Shown here piece by piece: positions 9,617 through 18,379 of a stretch of DNA of 64,000 bases. Below the pieces are notes generated by a model, which worked only from the letters and a program-made list of their open reading frames with translations, was not told where the DNA came from and did no database searches. Numbering within the stretch: position 1 is the first letter of the stretch; the number at the start of each line of letters is the position of its first letter. A program made the translations under genes and the position numbers. Source of the stretch: Planctomycetota bacterium (GTDB lineage Bacteria; Planctomycetota; Planctomycetia; Pirellulales; Pirellulaceae); the NCBI GenBank assembly GCA_018970165.1, contig JAGWWZ010000002.1, positions 7,085 through 71,084 on the forward strand, read 5' to 3'.

Positions 9617-12079
9617 CTACGGCACTAACCGAGCCGGAAAGGACGGCAGTTGAGAGGGGTTGCAACCGGGATTGAGTCCGGCATGCGAGTGAGTTGTCGT
9701 CTTGGGAAGGACCGTGTGCATGCGAGAAGCTTCCCAGGCGGTGTTCGCCTGCCAGGCCGAGAGAAGTTCGGTACCTCGCTCGTTGCGCAGCAGATTGGAA
9801 TCGCTATCGATAGAAACTTCTTCGCTCGACATCGACATGATCACCTGCAGGAGTCGCATAATGGTCGGCACATCGTAGACGTTGTCCATACCGCGCAGGT
9901 CGATCCATCGGCCGAGATCTTCTACGCGGTTGGCTTGTTCCGAAAACGGCCAGTCCGCGACGTTCGAAGCATCCCATTCGACGAGGGTTTGCGAGCCAGC
10001 AAAAATCGATTCATTGGCAACTCTGACGAAGGGGACCGGATAAGGATTGGCGGTTCCCATGCGGATGCGTACCCATGGGTTGAGCGAGATCGACGTCACA
10101 TGGTTCAATGTGGCTCGGATGCGTGGGGATCGGTTGAGCGTCTTGCTACCTTCGATATCGATGATCGAGCCCGACATAGCCGCCCAAACCTCCTCCATCT
10201 CGATTTCGATGCGATCATTGGACTCGATCCGAATCAGATCTGCCTGACCGCGAATGGCGGATTGCTGCAGTTCAATGCTTGAGCTTGCCGCCGAGGATGC
10301 CGTCGGATTTCGGAAACAGAAGATGGCAGGGAGTCTACCGTTGGTGTTCGATCGAAGAGTGATCGTCGAATCGATCAATCGTAGACGAGCACCCGCGGTA
10401 ATCTGAAACAGAGCAGGGGCCGAGCTATCGAGAGAAGTGTTCACTATATCGATATCCACACCTCGAAGCTCCACGGAAGCACCATCGAGACCGAACCAAC
10501 TCGACAACGGTTCGGTGGCGATTCGATTCGAATTATCGCTCAGCACGATTGTCGGTCGCAGGGAGTCGGTCCCTTCCAATCGAAGGGTGCGTCCCTTGCT
10601 CGAACGGGCGATGGCGATCGGCTTTTGAAGTTTGATGTTCGATGTTGCAAGTATGATTCGTTCCATCGCTTCATTCGATTCCCATCGAAGAATCGCTTCT
10701 TCGAGAGAACGCACCGTCTCGAATGGTTTCGGAATGCCAGAGGGTTGGGTGTTCGGATCTGCGAGGACAATGGCAGTCGCAACAGAAGGCTCGCGTGATG
10801 TTGCATCGGAAACTGATTCCTCGTCGGCATCCCCCGTATTGACCGCTGAATCGCGGGATGTGTTTTGACCCGATGCAATTGCTTCAGCAACCGTTGGAGT
10901 GTTGGCCTCCGAGGAGGCCACGTCATTGACTTCGACGCGAGGGATAACGTAGACACCACTGCGCTGGTTTTCGTTGTACAACCACAATGTCACTAGGCCG
11001 ATCCCGCACGCGCAGATCACAGCTGGTAGAAAGAACTCCCACCAACTCCTTCCAGCAGACGGCGCATGAGCCGAGTCGTCGGCAAATTCATGTTTCCAGT
11101 CGAGCGAGTCCATTGCGGCGAGGGTTCGAAGGTCGTTGACCAAGTCGATCGGTTCCTGATATCGATCTCGCGGCCGCTTGGCCATCATCTTGCGCAAGAT
11201 GGCGATGAGCGCATCGGAAACATCGTTTCGAAAGCACCGAGGATCCTCCGGGAGCTTGGTGCCGTGCATCAGTAGTTTCTGAAGCGCCGTCCCGTCTGGG
11301 AATGGTGGTTGTGCGGTGAGAAGGAAGTACAGGGTGCAACCGAGCGAGTAGATATCGCTTCGCACATCGGCGTCGCGAGGATCGTGAGCTTGTTCCGGAG
11401 AAATGTAATCGAATGTTCCTAGCGTGACACCGCTGGCGGTGAGGTCCCCGGTGGATCGATCCAACTCGGTGGTTCTGGCAAGTCCCATATCGACGATCTT
11501 GGCGCGGCCATCGAGGCCGATCAAGATATTCGAGGGCTTGATATCGCGATGGACCACGCCTCGTTCGCAGGCGTGCTGCAGTGCCTCGGCCACTTGGCAG
11601 GTAAATCGGGTTGCGTCGTCGACACTCAGCGGTCCACGCTCGAGCACCAGCTGTCGCAGGTTCATCCCTTCGATGAACTCGAAGACGATGTAGCTCCATC
11701 GCTCGGTCTCGCCGACGTAGAAGACTTGAGCGATGTTCGGATGGTCGAGTTTGGCAGCGCTTTGGGCTTCCATGCGGAAGCGTCGTAACGATTCCGCGCG
11801 GCGCTGCGACATGGGAACTACTTTGATCGCTACAACGCGATCGAGTCGCAGGTCTCTTCCGCGAAAGACTGCCCCCATGCCACCGATACCGACCAGCGAT
11901 TCGATTCGGTAATGATCGAGGTTTTGACCAACTAGTTCGTGGACCGTTTCGTTGGGTAGGAGTTGAGCAGAGACCTCTGGACCGAGAGATGTCGGGAGGG
12001 CAAATACATCACCCTCGCGAATCTCCGTGCGTTCGGTGTCTAACGAAGTGATCGAATCATTTTGCACCGAGGAGGACAT
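9617..12079 (-). CDS. Ser/Thr protein kinase with single TM and large extracytoplasmic beta-helix-like domain
   Basis: GIGGMGAVFRG..AIKV (ATP site), HRDIKPSNIL (catalytic loop), VDMGLAR, and TM WWEFFLPAVICACGIGLVTLWLY. About 450 aa follow with repetitive beta-strand patterns. Confidence 0.85.
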   Translation of the reverse strand: MSSSVQNDSITSLDTERTEIREGDVFALPTSLGPEVSAQLLPNETVHELVGQNLDHYRIESLVGIGGMGAVFRGRDLRLDRVVAIKVVPMSQRRAESLRRFRMEAQSAAKLDHPNIAQVFYVGETERWSYIVFEFIEGMNLRQLVLERGPLSVDDATRFTCQVAEALQHACERGVVHRDIKPSNILIGLDGRAKIVDMGLARTTELDRSTGDLTASGVTLGTFDYISPEQAHDPRDADVRSDIYSLGCTLYFLLTAQPPFPDGTALQKLLMHGTKLPEDPRCFRNDVSDALIAILRKMMAKRPRDRYQEPIDLVNDLRTLAAMDSLDWKHEFADDSAHAPSAGRSWWEFFLPAVICACGIGLVTLWLYNENQRSGVYVIPRVEVNDVASSEANTPTVAEAIASGQNTSRDSAVNTGDADEESVSDATSREPSVATAIVLADPNTQPSGIPKPFETVRSLEEAILRWESNEAMERIILATSNIKLQKPIAIARSSKGRTLRLEGTDSLRPTIVLSDNSNRIATEPLSSWFGLDGASVELRGVDIDIVNTSLDSSAPALFQITAGARLRLIDSTITLRSNTNGRLPAIFCFRNPTASSAASSSIELQQSAIRGQADLIRIESNDRIEIEMEEVWAAMSGSIIDIEGSKTLNRSPRIRATLNHVTSISLNPWVRIRMGTANPYPVPFVRVANESIFAGSQTLVEWDASNVADWPFSEQANRVEDLGRWIDLRGMDNVYDVPTIMRLLQVIMSMSSEEVSIDSDSNLLRNERGTELLSAWQANTAWEASRMHTVLPKTTTHSHAGLNPGCNPSQLPSFPARLVP

Positions 12080-12103
12080 GACGATCGCTGGTAGAAGGTA
12101 GCT

Positions 12104-13687
12104 TTATTTATCACCGGACGCACCATCAGACTCACCGCCGGACTCACCGGATTCACCACCATTATTGGCATCGGAGTTGCCTGCATCCACAGGTAGATCA
12201 ACCTGTCCGTCGCTTCCAACAATCGCTTCGCACGCGGACTGCAATGCGTTCACGTAGAGACGCGTCGAATTAACGAGCGAATTAAGGTCCTTGATTTTGT
12301 CATCGTTCAAAGCTTTTTGAAGTGACTCGATCGCTTTGATCACGGATTTGATTTTGTCCGTGCGTCCAGCGTCTGCAATGACGATGAGTCCCTTGGTCGA
12401 ATCCTTACCGTCATGAGCTTTGCCGAATCCATCTAGCCCGTAGTGAATTTTTTCGAGTCGTTGCTGCAGGATGCGTCGAGCGACTCGCACCTCCTTGGGT
12501 TGTTCTTCAAAGGCATTCTTGGGCTTGGGAGGAGTTGGGGCACCACGTCCAGGCCCTAAACCTCCCCCTTCTCCGTCATCGCTTCCCGATCCGCCGCCAC
12601 CGCCTCCGGCACCGCCTGGCAGCCCGGGGCCGCCTCCACCAGGCATCCCTGGTCCTCCACCTCCCATGCCTGGATATCCACCCGCTGCAGCCGTCGTTTG
12701 AGCGCAACGACGATTCCAAGACCGCAAGCTGGCCTGAAGAAATTTGATTGTGCTTGTCTCTAACTCGACCAACTCTTCAGCGGATAATTCCGGTTTAGCT
12801 GTTTGTCCAAAACATTGCACTGCGGTTTCGACAAGCCACTCCGACTCGGATTTGTATTTTTGGAGGGCTGGCTTGATGAGCGACAACAGAACCGGCTTGG
12901 CTGCCTTCGCAGACTCGGACTCGCCATTGGCGATGATTGAAAGGTTTTCAATCATCAGTTCGCGAAGATAGGCTTCTTCCTCGCTACCCCGAGCTGCAGG
13001 CTTTTGCGCGCCAAGAAACGCTTCTGCGTTGGATACGAATTTTTTGCGTGCTAACTCCATCGTGTTTGCATCCATGCCTTGCCAAGTCCAATGCCTCGGC
13101 AAATGGGTCAGCGAAGCGGCGACCATACCATCATTTTCTGTCGGTACGAAAATTCGAAGAAGAATTTTGGTTCCTTCTGGATCGGGTAAGCCTCCGCTCT
13201 GGCTGGAGGTTGGCTGTCGATTCAATCGACCAGCGATGACTGCTGCAATAATTCGGGAAGATGGATGAGCGGACTTGCCGTCTTTATCCTTACCATTGAT
13301 CACATCCAAGAGGATACGGGCCAACATCTTGTTGTAGTCTTCAAGGGTCTTCAGATTGCCGCGACTCTTGCGTTCCATGACCTCGATGTCGTTGAACAGT
13401 TCTGTGCGAGCATCATTCATCGCTCCTGCATTGGATTGCAGCAAGCGGGGCAGAAGATTTTCCTTGTAGTACGCTTCAATCCCAGCCAGATCCATCTTTT
13501 CAGGATTTAGCAAATCATCCTTTTCCTTTCGCCGTTTTTCACCAGCAGGGTCAGGAGGAAGAACGCGGTATTTCGACTCTGCTTCCTGCCCGTGGGCTGG
13601 AAGGTAAGTAGAGCAACTCGCAACCAAAGCGACGAGCGATACGATCGAAAGATAGGTTCGAAACTGGGTCATAACTCGTTTCACCAT
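12104..13687 (-). CDS. hypothetical lipoprotein with internal Gly/Pro-rich low-complexity segment
   Basis: Lipobox-like SLVALVASC. Residues about 335-390 read GGYPGMGGGGPGMPGGGGPGLPGGAGGGGGGSG. There is an acidic Gly/Ser tail. The gene ends 24 nt upstream of the kinase gene on the same strand. Confidence 0.6.
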   Translation of the reverse strand: MVKRVMTQFRTYLSIVSLVALVASCSTYLPAHGQEAESKYRVLPPDPAGEKRRKEKDDLLNPEKMDLAGIEAYYKENLLPRLLQSNAGAMNDARTELFNDIEVMERKSRGNLKTLEDYNKMLARILLDVINGKDKDGKSAHPSSRIIAAVIAGRLNRQPTSSQSGGLPDPEGTKILLRIFVPTENDGMVAASLTHLPRHWTWQGMDANTMELARKKFVSNAEAFLGAQKPAARGSEEEAYLRELMIENLSIIANGESESAKAAKPVLLSLIKPALQKYKSESEWLVETAVQCFGQTAKPELSAEELVELETSTIKFLQASLRSWNRRCAQTTAAAGGYPGMGGGGPGMPGGGGPGLPGGAGGGGGGSGSDDGEGGGLGPGRGAPTPPKPKNAFEEQPKEVRVARRILQQRLEKIHYGLDGFGKAHDGKDSTKGLIVIADAGRTDKIKSVIKAIESLQKALNDDKIKDLNSLVNSTRLYVNALQSACEAIVGSDGQVDLPVDAGNSDANNGGESGESGGESDGASGDK

Positions 13688-13883
13688 GTGCGCAACTCCA
13701 ACCTAAACACCCCTAACACCCGGCGATTGGGCTGGGGAATCAATCCGCAGAATCTATTCCAGAGTACGACAGGCTGGGGGCAAGTGTCAACTTTTCAGCC
13801 CCCGAAACGGTCGAGAACCCTAGAAATCGACCAATAATCGATAGGCGATTCGGGCCCTTGCCCCGCTGCTGGCATCCATCTCG

Positions 13884-15278
13884 TCATTGAGAGGGACTTG
13901 GTTTGTCAGGCCCCGATTTCGAAGTTTGCTTGTCGTCGTATCCGAAATCACCCATCGCTGACGAACGTACGGCAGCGAAGAGAGAGGCCAAATCATCTTT
14001 GAGATTCGACTCCTCGATATCGTCCGTGTATATGGAACGAGCGCTGGGCAATTCCGTTACCGGTTGGGGCATCTCTAACTTCGGTGCAAGAGGTTGTTTC
14101 TCGCTCAAAGATTCTTCAACGTTTTCGGTGGCCGCAGCCACCCTCGAACCTTCCGATTCCTCATCCTCCGGCCCAAAAATGGATGCCGACTCATCGAAAT
14201 CGCTCTGGACCGGTTGGCTTGGCTCCTCTTCGTATGCTTCCTCCAGCATAGGTTCGGGAACAACGTCCGAATTCAGCTGAGCCAGAAGCTCGTCAATCTG
14301 GTCAGTGCTGGCGAAGCCTTCGAGAGTTTCCGAAGGGACCGCCTCGGCGATCATCTGGGGATTGGGTTCGACTTCTTTAATCTCTTCCGTGACAGCATCG
14401 ATGGCTTTCGTCACCACCGGTTCTGCGGGCTCTTCGGGAGGATCATCCCATGGGCACGGAAACTGGGCAAGAGCGTCGATCGAAAACGGCTTCTCAGGTT
14501 CTGGTGCAACTTCCGGCTCCGGTGCCGAAACCTCCATGGGGGCTTCTTCCTGCGCAGGCGCATTCTCCTCGCCAAATTCCGATAGCAACTGCAGCAGTTC
14601 GTCCGGTTCCACACTGCGATTGCAGTACCAGTAGCTCATTTCGCATTCAAGGGAGATCGCTTCTTCATGAAACGAGAAGAACTCCGGCGCAGCTATTTGT
14701 TCACAAATTTCCGAGAGCGATTCTCGGCATTCCGAAAGAGGCTTGCCAAAGCAATGCAGGAGAAAACTGTGGGGTTGGTAACGAGATATCGATGCGCTAT
14801 CTCCCAGCGATTCGGTGAGGTGTATCGATAAGGATTGAACAGCGTGTTCGATACAGGCTGCACCGCACTGCTCCATCAAGTGCTCGGCATTCGATAGAGA
14901 AAGCTTCGCATAGCAACTTGGATAAGCTTCCATATCCGATTCGCGACTCCACTCACGAATCAAACGGTCCATTCCATTGGCATTCAGCGTTCCCGTCAAA
15001 CGGTCTCGAGACGGATTGGGCAAACTGGTCAGCAAATCCTTGAGGCGTTGCTTATCGGTTGGACTGCCGCGTAGGGAAAGAGATCGCCCGGAACCGGTTA
15101 CAGCGCGCGTGTGTGCGACTTGAAGAGGTTCCCAATCCACCATCGAGGCGACCTGAACGGCAGATCCCTTGGCGGACTTGTTTCCCGGGCGCCAGGCCAG
15201 GGATAGGATCAGCAAACCAGCGGCGAATTCGGCGCCCAGGCATAGCCAGTCCAAGTCCACATCGAGCAAGAAATCCAT
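13884..15278 (-). CDS. hypothetical membrane-anchored protein with degenerate GGDEF-like domain and long acidic Pro/Glu-rich tail
   Basis: DRLTGTLNANG resembles the D-x-LTG-L-x-NR start of GGDEF domains, but the GGDEF position reads YQPHSF and the metal/substrate residues are absent. The C-terminal about 230 aa are highly acidic. First ATG is at 15278 (the ORF track start at 15287 is TTG). Confidence 0.5.
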   Translation of the reverse strand: MDFLLDVDLDWLCLGAEFAAGLLILSLAWRPGNKSAKGSAVQVASMVDWEPLQVAHTRAVTGSGRSLSLRGSPTDKQRLKDLLTSLPNPSRDRLTGTLNANGMDRLIREWSRESDMEAYPSCYAKLSLSNAEHLMEQCGAACIEHAVQSLSIHLTESLGDSASISRYQPHSFLLHCFGKPLSECRESLSEICEQIAAPEFFSFHEEAISLECEMSYWYCNRSVEPDELLQLLSEFGEENAPAQEEAPMEVSAPEPEVAPEPEKPFSIDALAQFPCPWDDPPEEPAEPVVTKAIDAVTEEIKEVEPNPQMIAEAVPSETLEGFASTDQIDELLAQLNSDVVPEPMLEEAYEEEPSQPVQSDFDESASIFGPEDEESEGSRVAAATENVEESLSEKQPLAPKLEMPQPVTELPSARSIYTDDIEESNLKDDLASLFAAVRSSAMGDFGYDDKQTSKSGPDKPSPSQ

Positions 15279-15450
15279 AGCTATCAATTATCGAATCGCG
15301 ACCTAACGATACAGAATATCCTCCAAACCTAGGGCGAATTATCTGCTTAGGCATCCGGCCCAATCGTTTCTAGGTCAGCCTCTTCGGTTCAGTCAATGGT
15401 TTAATGCATGCATAACGCCTGTAACATTTATGAGGATTTTTTCGATATGC

Positions 15451-15480
15451 TTGACAAGTCGGATTTCGATCCGTTAGTTT
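15451..15480 (+). promoter_or_regulatory. candidate sigma-70-type promoter for the BON-domain gene
   Basis: TTGACA at 15451-15456, then a 17-18 nt spacer, then TTAGTT/TAGTTT. It lies about 45 nt upstream of the ATG at 15525. Confidence 0.3.
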
Positions 15481-15524
15481 GTTGGCGTTGATTGCTCGTA
15501 GAGATTGGCAAAAGGAATTGTGTC

Positions 15525-15761
15525 ATGATCCGTCCAGGCGTTCAGGATGTTGTGAGCCAGGCCAAAAAGTTGCTCGTTGATAGTCCGTTCCCAGAGTTGC
15601 ATGCCGTGGATGTTGATCAACAAGGTGAAAAAGTTCGCCTTAAAGGTGAGGTCCGCACCTACTTTCTTAAGCAACTGGCACAGGAGACCGTTCGTTCGGC
15701 AACGGGTGGAATCGAAGTGGAAAACGAGTTGTTGGTTGCACTTCGTCGACGGGTGCATTAG
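15525..15761 (+). CDS. BON domain-containing protein
   Basis: The pattern VDVDQQGEKVRLKGEVRTYFLKQLAQETVRSATGGIEVENELLV fits the BON (OsmY-like) fold. ATG at 15525 is preceded by AAAGGA 8 nt upstream. Confidence 0.6.
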   Translation: MIRPGVQDVVSQAKKLLVDSPFPELHAVDVDQQGEKVRLKGEVRTYFLKQLAQETVRSATGGIEVENELLVALRRRVH

Positions 15762-15886
15762 GGTTCTCGTGCCGTTCCGGAGGGGCTTGCCGGAAACGCT
15801 GATTTTGGCCTTTCGATCCGATCGCGCAATATGCTATTCCCTCTTCGAAGGTTGCTGAACATTTCGGAAGAGAGGAGTCCTGGCCA

Positions 15887-18100
15887 ATGTCGCGATATGT
15901 TTTCGTCGCTGCAGCTGCGCTCTTCGCAGGTCTTATGCTGATTCTGGCCCTTTCTTTGGCACAGCGGGACGCTCGGATCGGTCACACGCTACCTGTCGAT
16001 TCGATACCTCCCTACGCCGAGCAGGTCATATCTCCTATCGCAGTACAGAAGGCGTCCTTGGAGGATGAGGTTTCCATCGCCTTGCCGATAGTGCAGCCAG
16101 CACAGCAGCAGTACGAAACAAGACTGGCATCGCATACTGTTCCTTTGGCTTCGGATGAGCCTCCGACGATGCCACCTGCAAAGACATTTAGCGAACCGCC
16201 GCGATTTGATGCTTCACGGATCCTGTCGAAACGTCAGGAGGGAACGTTTCCCAATGTGAAGTTGCTCTCACCCGCCGAATTGAAACCCCCCAGGGAAACC
16301 GCGTCACCATTCCCGATGGCTCCACCTCCGTTGGCATCGCCCCCAGCGATCGCGACATTAGGAGTTCCGGGACCGGAGAGTGTTTTTCCAGAAGTCGCTG
16401 CACCGTTGCCGATTGTATCGCCATCGAGTCGCACCTCCCAAGATACTCCACCATCATTCGGGGCGTCTTCTGCGGGGCCAACCATAACGAACCCACCTCC
16501 GGCGGAACTGCCTGCAGTGGGACTGCCTAGTGTAGGGCCTTCCTCAAGCGGTTCGTTATCCAACGTGCAACCATCGCTTACCGCCCCGAAACAACTGGAC
16601 GCCCCGAAACAACTGGACAGCCGTAGATCGGGAGTTATTGGCTCCACTCTAATCGAAGACTCCGCTTCTACACATTCTCGAGGCACATGGTCGATGTCCA
16701 GCGGTTCGCCGGGATCTAGGCAGTTCGACGGATCTCAAAACCCGAGCTTGGAAATCATCAAACGAGCTCCCTTGGAAGTTCAGGTAGGAATTCCAGCAAC
16801 ATTTACTGCGATCGTGAGAAACGTCGGAAATGCGACAGCCTTCGATGTTGAAGTATTCGATACCGTACCACGCGGTGCCAAATTGGTACGCACCATGCCA
16901 CAAGCTGAGACCTCTTCAAACAACGCTTTAGTGTGGAAGTTGGGGGAACTAGCTGCTGGACAAGAGACGACGATCAATATGGAGTTGATCCCAGAGACTG
17001 AGGGTGAGATTGGTTCGGTAGCCAGTGTCAAATTCGCAGCTCAGGCATCGGTTCGAACCATGAGTACTTTGCCCAAGTTATCGCTCAAGCAATGGGCACC
17101 CACGGAGATTCTCGGAGGGGATACCATCACCATCGGAATTGAGATTTCGAATGTTGGCACAGGGACGGCGAAAGACATCGAGCTTGAGGAAAGCGTTCCA
17201 GCAGCATTCCATCATGCGAGCGGCGCTCGATCTCTCGGACTCGAAGTGGGCGATTTGGCGCCTGGCGAATCGCAACGTTACGAAATTGAATTGACTGCCG
17301 TTGAAGCAGCCAAGGTTGCCAACGTGGTCCGTGCTACCGCAAGCAACGCTGCGATGGGTGAATCTTCGCAACCGATAGAGATTCGAGCCCCCAAGTTGCA
17401 ATTGCAACTCAACGGCCCGAGGATCCGATATCTGGAACGGCCCGCTCCGTTTGAAGCAGTCATCGAGAATACCGGAACTGCCGTGGCGAGAGATTTGTAT
17501 ATCGTTGCCTATTTGCCGCGCGGTCTTCATTTCAGTAGCGCTAACAACGAAGGCACCTACCTTCCCGATCAACATGCCATCGCTTGGAATCTAGCTGAAC
17601 TGGCTGCTGGAACGCGAGCGAAGACGGAGTTCATGGTCCTTCCGGTCGAAGAGGGCAAGTCGGTAGTTCGCATGACAACCGATGCCGAAGGGCTGGGAGT
17701 CGAGAGCCTTGAACGTGACGTGCAGGTCGAGGGCCAAAGCGAATTGACGTTCGATATCGATGATGACCACGACCCGATTGAAACCAACGGCGTAACAACC
17801 TACACCGTGAATCTCACCAACATCGGTACAAGGCCGGATCAGAATGTTGTCCTATCGATTGAAATTCCTGACGGAAGTGCGTTGGAGCAAATCGAGTCGG
17901 CGGTGAAATACCGGACGCAAGGACGATCGGTCATCTTCGAACCCTACTCGGTCCTGCCATCGAAAGAACGAGCGGTTGCTAAAATTCGTGTGCGCCACGG
18001 TCGCGAGGGAACCCATGTATTCCGCGCATCGGTGCAAAGCGCCCTGCGCCCTGTTCCGGTCATCAAAGAAGAGAGTACGCAAGTCTACGTGGACAGGTAG
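15887..18100 (+). CDS. DUF11 repeat (conserved repeat domain) envelope protein with N-terminal anchor and Pro-rich linker
   Basis: N-terminal TM and a Pro/Ser-rich region, then four to five repeats of the type LEVQVGIPATFTAIVRNVGNATAFDVEVFDTVP. AGAGGAG lies 10 nt upstream of the ATG. Confidence 0.7.
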   Translation: MSRYVFVAAAALFAGLMLILALSLAQRDARIGHTLPVDSIPPYAEQVISPIAVQKASLEDEVSIALPIVQPAQQQYETRLASHTVPLASDEPPTMPPAKTFSEPPRFDASRILSKRQEGTFPNVKLLSPAELKPPRETASPFPMAPPPLASPPAIATLGVPGPESVFPEVAAPLPIVSPSSRTSQDTPPSFGASSAGPTITNPPPAELPAVGLPSVGPSSSGSLSNVQPSLTAPKQLDAPKQLDSRRSGVIGSTLIEDSASTHSRGTWSMSSGSPGSRQFDGSQNPSLEIIKRAPLEVQVGIPATFTAIVRNVGNATAFDVEVFDTVPRGAKLVRTMPQAETSSNNALVWKLGELAAGQETTINMELIPETEGEIGSVASVKFAAQASVRTMSTLPKLSLKQWAPTEILGGDTITIGIEISNVGTGTAKDIELEESVPAAFHHASGARSLGLEVGDLAPGESQRYEIELTAVEAAKVANVVRATASNAAMGESSQPIEIRAPKLQLQLNGPRIRYLERPAPFEAVIENTGTAVARDLYIVAYLPRGLHFSSANNEGTYLPDQHAIAWNLAELAAGTRAKTEFMVLPVEEGKSVVRMTTDAEGLGVESLERDVQVEGQSELTFDIDDDHDPIETNGVTTYTVNLTNIGTRPDQNVVLSIEIPDGSALEQIESAVKYRTQGRSVIFEPYSVLPSKERAVAKIRVRHGREGTHVFRASVQSALRPVPVIKEESTQVYVDR
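16583..16618 (+). repeat. perfect 2 x 18-nt in-frame tandem duplication inside the DUF11 gene
   Basis: GCCCCGAAACAACTGGAC occurs twice back to back, encoding APKQLDAPKQLD. Confidence 0.95.
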
Positions 18101-18196
18101 CGAACCTTGCCATATCGGAAAGCAAGGAATATGGTCTTCTCTAAAAAACCCGGCCTTTCTCGGCGAATTCATCTTTCGCTAACAGGCAGGAAATGT

Positions 18197-18235
18197 CTTC
18201 ATCATTCCTTAACTGCTTCTTCATGTTCGCTTCAT
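18197..18235 (+). promoter_or_regulatory. phased direct repeats CTTCAT-N5-CTTAAC-N5-CTTCAT-N5-CTTCAT (candidate Pho-box-like operator) in the DUF1559 gene leader
   Basis: Hexamers start at 18197, 18208, 18219 and 18230, an exact 11-bp period. The same CTTCAT-N5-ATTAAC-N5-CTTCAC arrangement lies upstream of phoU at 54823-54850. Confidence 0.4.
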
Positions 18236-18379
18236 GGGCTCGGGTTTTCTGCTCAATACCATAACTGCGTTCGTTCGGACGCACCAATCGGAAACAGTCG
18301 TGGGAACTGTGGCTCGACCATTGTTTAGGAAGTGGTTGCCAGGATTGGTTGGAAGCTATTTATTTTTGGAGAGGTTCTC

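Noticed and set aside
12520-12690. Highly repetitive GC-rich DNA (GGN/CCN runs) that might suggest a repeat array.
   Set aside because: It is in frame within the lipoprotein gene and encodes a Gly/Pro low-complexity linker. There is no spacer-repeat periodicity, so it is not a CRISPR array or a non-coding repeat.
18105-18134. Two interleaved 6-bp helices after the DUF11 stop, with pseudoknot-like topology: CCTTGC/GCAAGG and CCATAT/ATATGG.
   Set aside because: The stems are short and there is no following U-tract. Pairings of this size arise easily by chance, so I did not call it a terminator or an RNA element.
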